A stretch of 64,000 nucleotides of DNA. Source: Eledone cirrhosa. Lineage: Eukaryota. Positions 1 to 12,885 of this stretch are shown here, piece by piece. The stretch lies in NCBI GenBank assembly GCA_964016885.1, contig OZ024742.1, positions 144,150,001-144,214,000 on the forward strand, in the 5' to 3' direction. Position numbers and translations under genes: made by a program. Numbering within the stretch: the stretch's first letter is position 1; each line of letters starts with the position of its first letter. Below the pieces are notes generated by a model. It saw only the letters and a list, made by a program, of their open reading frames with translations, was not told where the DNA came from and did not search any database.

Positions 1-245
1 ATCACCATAACTACGAATCCTATCCCTATCATTACAACCACAGCCAATTCCAGCAGTGGTACCACCACCACCACCACTATTAACTCCATCTCCACCAATT
101 CTACCACCACTACACAATCTACTGTCACCACAGCTAATTTCACCACCAACACCACCACCACCACTACTACTACTAGCACCACTACCACCACCATTACCAC
201 TACTGCTACCACAACTACTAATACTACTAATACTACTACTACAAT
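1..245. repeat. Degenerate (ACC/ACT)n trinucleotide low-complexity tract
   Basis: Runs of accaccacc/actactact; explains the Pro/Leu-rich ORF 56..247. Confidence 0.9.
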
Positions 246-482
246 GAAAAGCAACCAGGAAACGACTACAAGAGAGCAACAACAAAAGCAGAAATGAACT
301 TGAATACATAAAAAAAAAACAATAACAAAAATAAACAAACAAATAACTGATAACAACAATAACAATAATAAAGTCAATGAATGACAATAGTTAATTTCAA
401 AATTGATGGCATCAAAAATTTTTGGGGAAAAAATCAACTATATTTATAAACAGAACATCCCTTTCCCTCCCGTAATCTACCT

Positions 483-763
483 CATCATCATCATCATCAT
501 CATTATCATTATCATTATCACCATCACCATCACCATCATCATCATCAAGAACATCATTAGGTTCATTAACAACAATGGCAACAAGCAACAGCAGCAGTAA
601 GAATATAATCAGTAGCAACAATTGCAAAGAAAACACACAAAAAAAGGTTTCATCATCATCATCATCATCATCATCACTAGTATGTAGCAGCCACAGAAAC
701 AATAAGAACAAACAAAATAAAAGAATGAAAACCAAATAGAAAGAAAAACAGGCACGGTGGGGG

Positions 764-836
<73 letters not shown>
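483..836. repeat. (CAT)n tracts and (GA)n microsatellite
   Basis: (CAT/TAT)n 483-546, (CAT)n ~651-675, (GA)n ~768-836. Confidence 0.95.
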
Positions 837-841
<5 letters not shown>

Positions 842-1086
842 ACAACAGCAAGGAGAACATGACAGTTGGTAGCAAAAATAAGGAGAGCAACAACAGCAAT
901 AGCAAGAATAATAGACAAGAATAGCAACAATGAGTCAGAGAAGGTGAGTGTATGGGGTGTACTTCTAACTGGTTGCCTAATCTGCTAGAAATAGCAAGGG
1001 ATTTGGAACTCAGAACAAAGAAAAATAATTAAATTGAGCAGGGTATTATTTTGTTGGATATCCACTGATTCTGCCTATCTGTTGCC

Positions 1087-1279
1087 TTAAACCTTTTGCA
1101 GTTACATGACTCTATATTTACTATTGTATTTTCACAGTAAAGGCTTTACCTCACATAATGTCAGATCTAGGAGATCTTGATATTATTTATTTTGAGAACA
1201 ATACTTCAGCATCAATTTGAGCAGAAAGAGGTGAGTGAATTCTGGCAGGATACAACCGGTTTAAATACTAAAGGGTTAA
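1087..1279 (+). mobile_element. piggyBac-like MITE family 1 (diverged copy)
   Basis: TTAA at both ends, degenerate CCCTTTAGCA.../...TACTAAAGGG termini, interior similar to 25733-25948. Confidence 0.7.
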
Positions 1280-1432
1280 AGATTTTTAACATTGGTACAC
1301 AAACCACACATTTTTGTTTCAGGGATGAAAGTTAAGGTATTGTTGAATGAATCAATTTAGTATATTACTGTTAATCATTTTATTGGTCTTCAGGTGGCTC
1401 GATGAAAGGCAAAGCAACCTCCAGCAACATTT

Positions 1433-1997
1433 TAACCCCTCCATTACTGTAATTCTAATGAAAAACACTGCCTATGAATTTTGAAAATAATAAATATGAA
1501 GAGATTTAGTAATATACTAACTTTCTCGTTATTAAGCTAGTGTTTAGTGTGATGTATCGGTAAAGGCATTAGAGTGTCAAAAAAATATTTACTATCTGAG
1601 TTCAAATCCTGTCAAGGTTAACCTTGCTTTTCATACTTCTGACATCGATAAAATCGAATTTGCCTTCTCACCAAATTTCTAGCCTTGTGCCAATATCAGA
1701 AAGAATTATTAAGTTAGTGTTTGGAACATAATTTAACAAAAATTCTTACATAAAATTATGATGGAAGGTTTTAGATAACCATAAATACTTTAAAACAGCT
1801 TTGTTTATTAGAAGCAGAGGTGATTTGATATCAAAAGTGTTAGCCTAGAATAGAATTATTAAGCTAGTGTTTGGAACATAATTTAACAAATATTCTTACA
1901 TAAAATTATGATGGAAGGATTTAGATAAACATAAACACTTTAAAATATACAGTTTCGTGTATGAGAACCAGAGGTAAATTGATATCAAAAGTGTTAA
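1433..1997 (-). mobile_element. TTAA-CCC MITE family 2, interrupted by an old SINE-B, with a ~150 bp tandem duplication of one end
   Basis: Similar to the reverse complement of 39182-39648; 1702-1845 is repeated at 1852-1997; SINE-B-like segment at ~1555-1710. Confidence 0.55.
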
Positions 1998-2019
1998 CCT
2001 AGAATGTGAAATACCATAA

Positions 2020-2257
2020 TTAACCCTTTCATGACTGCAATTCTAATGAAATATAATCTATTTTAATTAATAAATAAAGAATTTTGAGGGATTTACTAAG
2101 ATTATTAATTATTTCATTACTAAGATGTAACTTACTTGTAAGGTTCTTATATAAAATTATGGAAGATTTTAATTTAAATTGGAAACCTTTAAAATGGTTG
2201 GTTTTATTTCATAGAACCAGAGCTGGTTTAAGGCCGGGCTGGTAACTAAAAGGTTAT
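2020..2257 (-). mobile_element. TTAA-CCC MITE family 2
   Basis: TTAACCCTTTC start and AAAAGGTTA end; interior similar to the reverse complement of 39182-39648 and 52457-52719. Confidence 0.6.
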
Positions 2258-2768
2258 ATACAAGGCAATTTTGTTCAGAATTTCACTGATTTTCTTGTCC
2301 ACAGCTTTTATCAGTAATTATGGTGTATATAAGAAATGTTTAATTTAATAATATACCAGTCATATACTAGTGGGACAGCTATGATTTTTTTTCAAATTTG
2401 AGGCCTTCTGTTGACAGGAGTAAAATTATTACATCCACCATATTTACCAGCCTTGACACAAATCATACCCCAACCATCAACACCATCATCAGAATCAATG
2501 AAGAAAGACTCTACACATTACATGGTCATTTGACTTGTTAGAAATAGCTGTCAAATCCTCCTTAAATTAAACCATCTTCAATGCTCTTTGATGATAAGCC
2601 TGATTGATCAAAGCTGACCTGAATCTAAACAACATTATCATCATCATCATCATCATCACCACTACAATTAATAATACCTTTAGGTTTCTGCCATCCAGTT
2701 ATTCACCCCCATATTATAAAATAAGCTTTGATGATGATTTTTGTGTGCCAGTATTTGCATGTGTATAT

Positions 2769-3105
2769 GAAGGCATATGGCATAGTGGCTAGGGCGTTAT
2801 GCTTGTGATCATAAGGTCATGAGTTTGATTACTAGATTGAGCAACTCATTTTGTCCTTGAACAATACACTTTATTCCACATTGTTCCAGTTACTTACTCA
2901 ACTGGGAAACATGAGTTGTACCTGTGATTGAAACAGCCAGCCATGTCACACACTGTCATACTGAATCTCCCTGACAATTTTTGGTAAGGATACATGTGTC
3001 TTCTGTGGAATACTCAACCATTTGCATGTCAATTTCATGAATAGGCTATTCTGGTGATAAAACGACAGGAACACTTATCGTGATGACATGATGGAGAACC
3101 AACTG
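2769..3105 (+). mobile_element. Old tRNA/CORE-type SINE
   Basis: Head GAAGGCATATGGCATAGTGG (A box), GAGTTTGATT (B-box-like), degenerate CORE-like GTCCTTGAACAATACACTTTATTCCACATTGTTCCAGT. Confidence 0.6.
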
Positions 3106-4159
3106 CAAAACTGATTGTGTGTATGTGCATGTGAGTGTGTGCACATGTGTGTGCATGTGTGTGCGTGTATGTATGTATGTTATGATGGTGTGACACACTG
3201 TTTTATATATCTGTACGAAACAAGGGTAAAACCCAAGGTATTCACCAGGTGTAATTCTGAACTACCAATGAGAGACTAAGCCCAGCAATTACCCCAGTGC
3301 GTTACTGGTACTTTAATTTTATCGACCCCGTAAGGATGAAAGGCAAAGTTAACCTCGGCTTTTGAGAGACTATAATGAGACTCCATACATACAGTTCCCC
3401 TGACAATTTTATAGAGTTTCGCCTAGTCCACTTTAAGTTATGTGGGGGTATTCAGGGTTTTTTATTCCACACAACAGTGTATCATGCATTGATTATCAGA
3501 TGACAGACAATACTGATCAATACTACAACTAGTAATATATGCTTCCAAGATCAAGTGTAAAGTATCTAAAAGATACAAGGATTGAATGGCTAAATGGAAT
3601 GAAATGTAGTTTCCTTTATCTGCAGATTTGTAAAAGGTGACAGAGATAGCATCATCATCGTCATCATCAGTAGTAGTAGTAGTAGTAGCAGCAGCAGTAG
3701 GTGTTTAAAGGTAGTAGCAAGTCTACAGAATAGTGAAGGCATTACTAATGGTGATTATTGAGGATTTAATTAGTAAGGATGTATAACAGTAGTAGTAGTA
3801 GTAGTAGCATTGTTAATATATATATATATATATATACACACACATATACATCAGTATTGCAGCAGTAAATAAACTGTAGTTACTATGCACCATGCCAACC
3901 CTGCCATCCAAATTTGTTTATACACCAAGATGAAAATTGGAAAAGATGAAGATTAAGATTAGGTATAATCCATGTGATCATGATTCATGTAGCAGTATCC
4001 ATCAATATTGCTAGATGCAGCTAGTTTGATGGGTGCACTGATAAGAAGACATACAGTACATGAAGTACATGTTCTTCTTCTTCTTCTACTACTATTAGCA
4101 GCAGTAGCAATAATACCATTATTAATGATAGTATTATTAATAATTGTTTCTACATTTAG

Positions 4160-4350
4160 CACAAAGCTAGCAATATGAAGGGAAGGAGAAAGTCAATTAA
4201 ATTGACCCCAGTGCATTACTGGTGCTTTATTTTGTTGACCCTGTAAGGATGAAAGGCAAAGTTAACTTCAACCTCAGCAGGATTTGAACTCATAACATAA
4301 ATATGCTGCAAAGCATGTTCTCCAAGACTCTACTGATACTGCCAACCCCA
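4160..4350 (-). mobile_element. SINE family B, older copy
   Basis: GACCCTGTAAGGATGAAAGGCAAAGTTAAC and GGATTTGAACTC motifs; further eroded copies or fragments at ~3283-3359 and ~4555-4765. Confidence 0.65.
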
Positions 4351-6017
4351 CCAAATTATGATTCCTACATTTAGTGTAACTGAAATCTGTTTAATTTTTG
4401 ATTTTTCACTTTTCCATTCATTTTGCATCCTCTCAGAAGTGCTAATAATAATAATAATAATTTATTTTATTACCAGGTGCATTACAGAGACAAAGCATTT
4501 CTAAAATATATACACAACCATAGATTCTGGAATGAAAACTGTTGATAATATCGATTTCTAATTTAAGCACAAAGCCAGTAATTTGTGGGGAGGGGACAGT
4601 CAATTAAAGAGGCCACAGTACTTATCTGGTACTTTATTTTATTAACCTCAGAAGAATGGAAGGCACAGTTGACCTTGGTTGGATTTTATATCAGAATGTA
4701 ATGAACCGGAGCAAATGGTGCTAAGCATTTTGATGAATGCTTGAATGGTTCTGCCAATCCATCATCCTGTTGATAATAATGGTTGCTAAGATAAGAACAG
4801 GGCCCGAAATTTAGAGGATGAGTATAGTTAAATTGACCTCAGTGCTTAATTGTAATTGTGTCAGTATCCATTAAGGTTAGGTTGAGTTGGATTTAACCAG
4901 TGAATGCACTGTATTGCAAACAGAAGCCAACTGAGCTAGATGTCCAATGTGGCAAACACCAAAATTGTAAGACTATATATATATACAAGGATCAGATAAA
5001 GGTTCATGATCAAACTGATCCAGTGTTTGATTGGTACTTATTTTATAAAATCTAAGACAATCAAAGACAAATTCGGCTGCTGCAGGATTTTAACCGAATA
5101 TGTAAATAGTCGTAATTAAATATGTAACTAATTGTTGGCATATTGCCCTTAGTACTTAACTGCTATCTTTCTCACTCCCCCCTCCCCTCTCTCTAAAGAG
5201 GTGAAGGTGAAGTTCACATTGGTGGGATCTGAACTAATAAACAACAATAGCAGCAGCACAGAAATATTAACTGTGGAAGAAATGGTAAAATGTTGAAGTA
5301 AATGTTTTTTTGGTGTTTTTTTAAATTTATTCCTAGTATTTCCTTCTCTCCCTTTTATGTTATGAATTTAAACCCCACTGAAGTGAACTTTGCATTTTAT
5401 TCCTCTGGAGATTGAAAATTAAGTACCAATCATGTCCTGGTTGTTGATTCAATTAACTATTATATGCCCCTGCCTCTGATAATTTGTAACTATGCATCAA
5501 AGTAGGAAATCAATATATTATAACTATGCCAAATGATATTGTATGCAATACTATATACTTCACTACACTACCATTCCATAGTATCTCCATATCAGAATCA
5601 AAGAACTCAAGACAAATTTCTAGATATGTATTGAGCACCTATCTTGACTGTAAACGGTGTAATTAACAAGCTGATAAGTATCATTAGTATGTGCCATCTT
5701 TGATTTAATTTCTTGACAGTAGTGTAATCAATAACGTTATCAGTGGTATATCATTTAGGTAACACCTATATATAACCTATTGTCCCACTGTATATGCTTT
5801 AGAGTTGAGCAATATATAATTTTGCATAGCTACTCTCTTGCAAAGTTGACTCTTCATATATAAATGCTGCGTGCATCCTGATTTTAGAATAGATACATCA
5901 TATCGTTGCAAGCTATAAGAGACAATTAATAGGGCTGACTTCAGAAAGTCATCCAATTGGAAAATATTGTCTTAAAACATGGAAAAGTGAATGTAAAGTA
6001 AAAAATTATGATTATTT

Positions 6018-6352
6018 CATTCATTTTCATTTTACGTTCGCTTTTTCCCTGCTAGTAAGGGTGAGACGGGAACTGATTCTGGCTTGATTTCTACAGCTGG
6101 ATGCCATTCCTAACACCAACCTCATTTACAGTGAGTGCTGGGTGGTTTTTGCCGTGGCACCTACACGACAACTATGCAGTGGAATGATAGGGACCCCAGT
6201 CCCTATCATCTCATTTCTACAGCTGAGTAAACTGGAGCAATGTGAAATAAAGTGTCTTGCTCAAGGAAACAACACATCACCTGGTCTGAGAATTGAACTC
6301 ACAACCTTTCGATTGCAAGGCCAATGCTCTAACCACTAATCCATGTGCCTCC
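6018..6352 (-). mobile_element. SINE family A (tRNA head + CORE-like domain + RTE-type 3' tail)
   Basis: Minus strand reads GGAGGCACATGG..TAGTGG (A box), GAGTTCAATTCT (B box), TTTCCTTGAGCAAGACACTTTATTTCACATTGCTCCAG (MIR-CORE-like) and tail AAAAGCGAACGTAAAATG; near-identical to 14457, 36848, 56308 and 60916. Confidence 0.9.
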
Positions 6353-6764
6353 ATTGTAATATATATATATATATATTCGAAACTAAGGTTTGTTTTTTTT
6401 AAATATACCCCACATGGATAAAGTATAAGAAAAAGAAGTTGAAAATGCAATTAGTCTTTAAGAAGATTTATTTACAATAACTTATAACTTATAACTGGTT
6501 TCACAAGTTTCATGATTTACAAAAGTTGAGAGAAATGGAGATGTGTGGTTATGTGAGAACTTAAGCATTATGTGAACCCCTGGCCTGCCTGAGAGGTCAC
6601 TATCTTTGATTAAGTGCTGACTTTGTCTGTTCCAACCCATCAAAACCTTGCTAGCATGGAAAACATGTTAAATGATGATGATGATATATATATATGATGG
6701 GTTACTACACTGTTTCCAAGTACCAAATTTCACTCCCAAGTCATTAGTCAACTTAGTAGTAAAC

Positions 6765-6767
<3 letters not shown>

Positions 6768-6839
<72 letters not shown>

Positions 6840-6850
6840 TTATATATATA
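6768..6850. repeat. (TA)n microsatellite
   Basis: Direct observation. Confidence 0.95.
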
Positions 6851-7094
6851 GATATAACAATATCCGTAGATATAAACAGGAAAACAGTGCTTAATCGAGA
6901 AGACAGCAGCAGAAATATTATATGTACTTATGTTCATACACAGAACAAAGACATGACCTGAGGGTTCAAGGCCCAAATTTGACTATACGTCCAGAAAACA
7001 AGAGGCATTAAAGCAGTGAACTTTCTTCAGGTCCTAATATCAGAAAGGTCACTATTATGATGCCTCTTTTTTTCTGGAGGTATGGTCAAATTTG
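6851..7094 (-). mobile_element. Fold-back cassette, Penelope-like pLTR remnant (family P1)
   Basis: Inverted arms ~6974-7026 / 7042-7094; the long arm runs on to a (TA)n; homologous to 15146-15467. Confidence 0.65.
6950..7033 (-). ncRNA. Degenerate type-I hammerhead ribozyme motif with extended stem II
   Basis: Minus strand: CTGAAGA-AAGTTC...GGCCTT-GAAC-CC TCA GG-TC; core GAAA is changed to GAAC and stem I pairs poorly. Confidence 0.45.
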
Positions 7095-7460
7095 AAGCAA
7101 TAAAGGAAGGAAGAGAGGAGAGGCATAGACTCTACACCCAAGGCTGGTGATTCGGCCATGTTCTGTAGACAGCATAGAAAAGTCATTGCTACAAAGAGTG
7201 ACCAGCAACACCCACCTCATGGGACTTCTTCCTCAGGTGGCTTTCCAATTATGACTTTCCAATTTTGCGGAGGAAATCGATAGTATGGGAACCAAGGAAA
7301 CCAGAGATCTCGACGGTGACCAATATGAAAAGTTAGATTGCCCTCAAATTACACCACGTGGTCCTTGAAAATGTAATATGCTTGCTTTATGCATAGACAC
7401 ACTATGGAGAAAAAAGGTGAAATAACCATGACTGGAATTTCTTTAATCACAAGTCTGCTG

Positions 7461-8565
7461 GAACAAAGTTGACTCAGACTCAGAAGCTCCCGCGTCTTGA
7501 GACGCATGAGGCAATCATAATGTTCCATCGCGTTCGGTCAGCAGCCAGTTGTACAGCGTCCCGCCATTGTCTGTTTGTCGCTCGCAGGTCCCTCTCAACT
7601 GTCTGGCGCCAGTTTATATTGGGTCGCCCTCTCCATCTGCTTCCCTGCGGGCTCCATTTAAGTACTTGGTTCGCCAGTCTCTCCGGAGGAAGTTTCAAAG
7701 CGTGTCCAAACCAGCCCAGGCGTCGCTTGCAGATGGCAGAAGAGACCAGCTGCTGGTTGGTGCGGTTCCTGACTTCCTGGTTTGTTACATGGTCACTCCA
7801 TTTAATCCCCAGGATCTTTCGCAGACACCTGGAATCGAATGCGTCCAACTTCTTCTCTTGGCTGGTCTTAAGGTGCCATGTTTCACTTCCGTACAAGAGT
7901 GAAGACAGCACGTTGCTGTTGTAGAATCTCATCTTTGTTTTGAGGGTGAACTTCCTGCTCCTCCAGATCTTGACAAGCTGGTTAAATGCTGCTGAAGCCT
8001 TTCCCATTCTACATTGCAATTCACTGTCCATGGTGCCCTCATTGTTAATGGAGCTTCCTAGGTAGGTGAAGTTGTCCACTATCTCCACCTCCCCCTGTTC
8101 AATGAAGACACTGGTTGGTGGTGGGTGTGTCTCAGATAACATGCTTTTGGTCTTCTTGGCACTGATATTGAGACCTAAGCTTCCTGCTTCGACATTGATA
8201 TTGTTCACAATGATTTGCAGGTCAGCTGTGCTCTCTGCAAGTGCAGCAATATCGTCCGCAAAGTTCAGGTCAGACAACTTTTGCTCTCCCACCCAAGATA
8301 TACCCTGGTCTTTAGACGCTCTTCTTAGTACCCAGTCAATGGCTATGGCAAAGAGAATTGGAGAGAGCGAGCAACCTTGACGCACGCCAGTAACCACCTC
8401 AAACCAGTCACTGTAACCATCCTCTGTCCGTATGCAACACTTGGAGTTTGCGTAAATCTGTTTGATTACAGAAATGACTTTCTGGGGCAGACCATACTCA
8501 TGCATGATGCTCCAGAGTGACGGTCGATGAATGCTATCGAATGCTTTGGAGAAATCGATGAAGCT
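7461..8565 (-). mobile_element. 5'-truncated RTE-clade LINE with target-site duplication
   Basis: RT-bearing ORF; short (TGAGTC)n tail; TSD GAACAAAGTTGACT at 7461-7474 and 8630-8643. Confidence 0.9.
7480..8565 (-). pseudogene. Reverse transcriptase plus C-terminal region of a LINE ORF (N-terminally truncated, frame uninterrupted for ~360 aa)
   Basis: Motifs FIDFSKAFDSIHR, GVRQGCSLSPILF, LNFADD, FTYLGS, LLYGSETW, RRLGWFGH, GRPNINW. Confidence 0.92.
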
Positions 8566-10206
8566 GAAAGTCTCGAACAAAGTTCGGAAAGAGGATTGTA
8601 TATATATTGCTGTAGAAGGCGAAAGTTTCGAACAAAGTTGACTTAAGAGTAAACTAAAGCAACAATAGAAAACAATCTTTCCTCACCCTGTCTTACTATT
8701 TCTCTACTTCTATACCCACCTCTATACCCACATACACATACACACACACGTACATACACTAGATATGTCTAACAAGAACCACTCCTCTGTATCTGTCAGG
8801 TTTAAATAAAAGATGACTTACAACAATGGAAGTATTTTTTTGGAGAAGTTTATTACAAAGCTTTGGTTAATCTACCCCTCATGGGGATATGTGAATATGT
8901 ATTTGTGTGTGTGAATATATATGTGTGTGTGCATGTGTGTTTATCTAAGGAGTGAGAGCAATGGGAATATATTTGGTTGTTGTTATAATGACTTTCATTT
9001 CATGTATGAATATGAATAAATGAGAGCAATAGGAATGCATATATATAATTATTTTGCTGTTATGACTGTGTTTATGTGTATGAATAAATGAAAGTGATAG
9101 GATTGTATATATATTGCTGTAATAACTATAGGAGTGTGTGTGTAAGAGAGAGCATATAAATGGGTGTGGAATGAATGTTGTATAGATCCTAATAAAAAAT
9201 AAAAAATTGTTTTGGTGTTAAGTAAAACAAATCCTTTTTTGGTAGCACCAAAAACAAATGTTTGTAAAACCTATCAAATGGAAATACCAATGAGTGTACA
9301 TACATACAATTAGAGACTACTATTAGAACTTTATTATTAATAATTTTATCTTTATCAGTGGTTTAATACACTCTTTTGTACCTGACACAAAGGCAAAGTT
9401 TGTAAATGACCTCAATGCCTGATTGGTACTGCATACCCAGACTGTTTGAGTAATCCACAGAATATGGGAACATATATAAGTGAGATGTACCTGAGAGATC
9501 AGTAGCTCTGCTTGAGTACTGACTAAGTCTGTGATAATCCAATTACTAGCAAGGAGAATAGACTTTAAATGATGATAATGAAGAAGATGATGATAATATG
9601 ATGATGATGAACGGATAAAAAACAAAGTTGACTGTAGTGGTATCTGAACACAAAACATAGACATACCCAAGCCACACGTCGCACTCAGAGCTAGTGTCTG
9701 GGTATGGACGTGCAGTGCACCCATATTTTCCCAAATAAAATAATGTCAACTTACAGTTTAGTAAGCTGATACACCTAGTTTTTGACAATTATATATATAT
9801 ATATGATGGCTGCCCCCTCATTATTGAGTATGGTCATTGCACGATATAACATTATTAATCATTATCAATTAATGCTATCGTGCATTGCCTGCGCATGAAG
9901 ATTTTTTTAAAAGTGAGGAAGGACTGTGCACTGAACCAATCCCACTCTCTGAGCGACAGTAGCTATAACTCAAAAAGAAGAAAAGATCAACATCATCATC
10001 ATCGGTATCTACTGAGCCGCAGGTTTTATGTCAGAGTTATCCCAGTTTCCTGAGTTGCCTTCTCCTAGAAGAATGCCCTGACAAAGGCTAGGGTCCTTCA
10101 CACCCAGTGGTTTAACCGTGCGATCGGGTATCCAGCCTGATTATTTTTCATTTCTTCCTCTTCACACTCTCTATCTTTCTATTTCATCTTTTATTTCTCT
10201 TTTTAA

Positions 10207-10240
10207 CTTCTGATGAAGGGATTGTGTCCGAAATGTTAAG
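10207..10240 (+). ncRNA. Minimal type-I hammerhead motif
   Basis: CTT-CTGATGA-AGGGA TTGTG TCC-GAAA-TG-TT-AAG; GAAATGTT is plausibly CpG-decayed palindromic GAAACGTT; related degenerate copy at 25193-25262. Confidence 0.6.
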
Positions 10241-10419
10241 ACTCTTTTCCTGTTATTTCAAGTGTTAAACTAACATATGTCTTCGTTGTACTGTGTAGTT
10301 AGCTTTATCATTTCTGTTTACTTTTCACATACATGGCCATGTTCGATGTAGACAAACTACGTATGCAGTAGATGTACAGGGAAAGTTGGCAGTAGTAATT
10401 GCAGTGATAGACACATTTT

Positions 10420-11068
10420 TCCAATGCAGGTGGATTCTATAGAAGTGGTTAATAGCTTCCGGTACCTAGGTGATCAGATTAGCATGGGAGGGGGGGGGGG
10501 GTGTTCCGAGGCCATAGTATCTAGAATAAGGACGGGTTGGAAGAAGTTTAGGGAGCTGCTTCCTTTGTTGACAAAGAAGGGTTTCTCCCTGCGTACGAAA
10601 GGATGGTTATATGATGCCTGTGTGAGATGCGCGATGCTGCATGGTAGTGAGACATGGGCAGCAACTGCAGAAGATATGCGACAGCTGGAAAGAAATGAAG
10701 CATGCTCCGTTGGATGTGCAATGCCAATGTGCGTGAACGACCAAGCATAGACGAGTTGAGAAAGAAACTGGGTATAAGAGGGATAAGTTGTGGTGTGCAG
10801 GAGAGAAGTCTGAGATGGTATGGACATGTGATGTGCATGGAGGATGACCACTGGGTAAAGAAGTGCCAAGAAACCCCGGTAGAAGGAAGACGTAGTAGAG
10901 GTAGACCACGAAAAAGATGGGCGGAGGTGGTGAGAGCAGACCTCAGATCGCTGAAACTCACTGAGGAGATGACAAAGGACCGTGACAAGTGGAGAGATGC
11001 TGTGCTGAATAGGACCAAGCAGCAGGGAGAAGCGGACGTAAAATGATGATGATGATGATGATGATGAT
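10420..11068 (+). mobile_element. RTE-clade LINE 3' fragment (frameshifted) with (ATG)n tail
   Basis: VNSFRYLGD, RTGWKKFRELLPLL, MLHGSETW, then in a second frame SLRWYGHV, RGRPRKRW, DRDKWR; ends GCGGACGTAAA(ATG)n. Confidence 0.92.
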
Positions 11069-11817
11069 TATATATATATATTGGTTTCATACTTGATTAA
11101 TTCTTGAGAGGTTGAAAGTTCAATTGACCCCAAACTCTATACTATTATCCCAACTATATTCCCCTTGTAATAGCCATACATAACCTTGAAATACACTCTT
11201 ATATCAATAGGAGACATATATAGGAGACATTAAATAGACATATAAGTAGTTAGATACATAGTTATATAAAGATTGCAGAAGAAGACAAAAGAGAAAGAAA
11301 GAAGAACAAAGCAATTATTCAAATGAATCACATTGATCATAATGATTATGGCTAAGAAAATTAACTAAACAATCCTATGATAAAGACAATAGTAATTAAC
11401 CTACAGAAGGTAAAAGCTAGAAATGTCAGCTAATGAATCTATATATCAGTAATTAAAGATAACTCATACTTAAGCTATATTTATGTAGTACTGGTGTTGA
11501 AAATTTGAGTTTTATACTAATGAAGGTGATAATTTCATTAATCCACAAGTGAAAAGCTTCCTATTGAAATAATAAAGAGTATTACTTAACCAAGAGCTAA
11601 ACTAATAAACTATATACATACATACTTTGAAATTAAGAGAAAGAGAAACATCTATACATATACATACATACACCGAAATTAAAAGAGAAACACACACACA
11701 CAACTCGAAATTAAGAGACATACATACATACAAGGAAGGGAATATATGTTAATATCTCCAAATAACTATAGCAATGCTTTTCAACAAGAGATGGTGTCAT
11801 TAATGGTGTGATGGTGT

Positions 11818-12035
11818 TTAACCCTTTAGCATTTACATTACTCTATATATACTATTATATTTTCATGGTAAAGGTTTTACCTCACATAATTATGTCACAT
11901 AATATCGAATCTATGAGATTTTGAAAGTATTTATTTTGAGAACAATACCTTAACATCAGTTTGAGCGACCGGTTACAGCCAGTTTCAACAGAAAGAGGTA
12001 GAGAATTCTGGCCGGTTTGAACATTAAAGGCTTAA
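11818..12035 (+). mobile_element. piggyBac-like MITE family 1
   Basis: TTAACCCTTTAGCATTTA ... ACATTAAAGGCTTAA. Confidence 0.8.
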
Positions 12036-12156
12036 AGAGTCAACCTGCTCACCAGTTTAGTGGAGCACTCTTATATTTAGTACAGTACTCTTGCAGTTCT
12101 TGACACACTGCTATCTATCTTACCAAAGTATACCTTCAATAACAACAATACTAAAA

Positions 12157-12337
12157 ATAATTGTTTCTACTTTTGGCACAAGGCCAGCAATTACCCAGTA
12201 CATTACTGGTACTTTATTTTATCGACCCCGTAAGGATGAAAGGCAAAGTTAACCTCGGCGAGATTTGAACTCAGATCGTAAAGGGACGTAACTATGGTGG
12301 AAAGCATGGCGCCCGACTCTCTACCGATACTGCCAAT
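12157..12337 (-). mobile_element. SINE family B
   Basis: tRNA-like A/B boxes, core CCTTTCATCCTTACGGGGTCGATAAAATAAAGTACCAG, tail GTAGAAACAATT; flanking duplication AACAATACTAAAAATAAT (12144-12161 / 12356-12373). Confidence 0.88.
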
Positions 12338-12885
12338 ATTTACTAAACTGTATTGAACAATACTAAAAATAATGATGATAATAAAGGAAAATTCTCTTTA
12401 AAAATATCAGGAATCAAAGGTAAAGAAACAAATGCATATAAACATGTGTATACACACACACATATATATACATATACACACACATACATATATATGCACA
12501 TACACACATACATATACACACACACACATACATATACATACACACATATACATACACATATATATACACATATATATACATACACACACAGACACACGTA
12601 TATATATATAGGTGGGGGTGGGGAATAAGAGTGAATATTCGGTGAATAAATGGTATAATGTATTTAAACTAAGAGACTGGATACTACAGTCAAAATGCCA
12701 AACTCAAGCAAATTGCATTAGTTCTTGAGTAAAAATTATGGTGATGAGATTACATAGAAACAAATTTAGTTAAGGTCTTCAATTTCTAATGAGGTTTGGA
12801 GCAAAGGTAATGCTTGATAAGGTAAAAAAGGTAATGTATTACATGCCCATTATTTTTTCCAGGTATTTTTTAAGGTATTTTTTAA

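Noticed and set aside
3610-3642. Possible 11-nt micro-exon (TCTGCAG|ATTTGTAAAAG|GTGACA)
   Set aside because: Weak donor; such matches are expected by chance in 64 kb and there is no other support
6470-6520. GTGAAACCAGTTATAAG on the minus strand, resembling a hammerhead 3' half with a tail to (TA)n
   Set aside because: CUGANGA is absent and there is no inverted arm; too degraded to call
7469-8380. Plus-strand ORFs 7469..7924, 7549..7902 and 8066..8380 (also 59772..60539, 10474..11090)
   Set aside because: Antisense shadows of LINE RT coding sequence
9323-9788. 133-aa and 80-aa minus-strand ORFs in non-repeat DNA
   Set aside because: No recognisable motif; they include (CAT)n-derived residues and their length is compatible with chance
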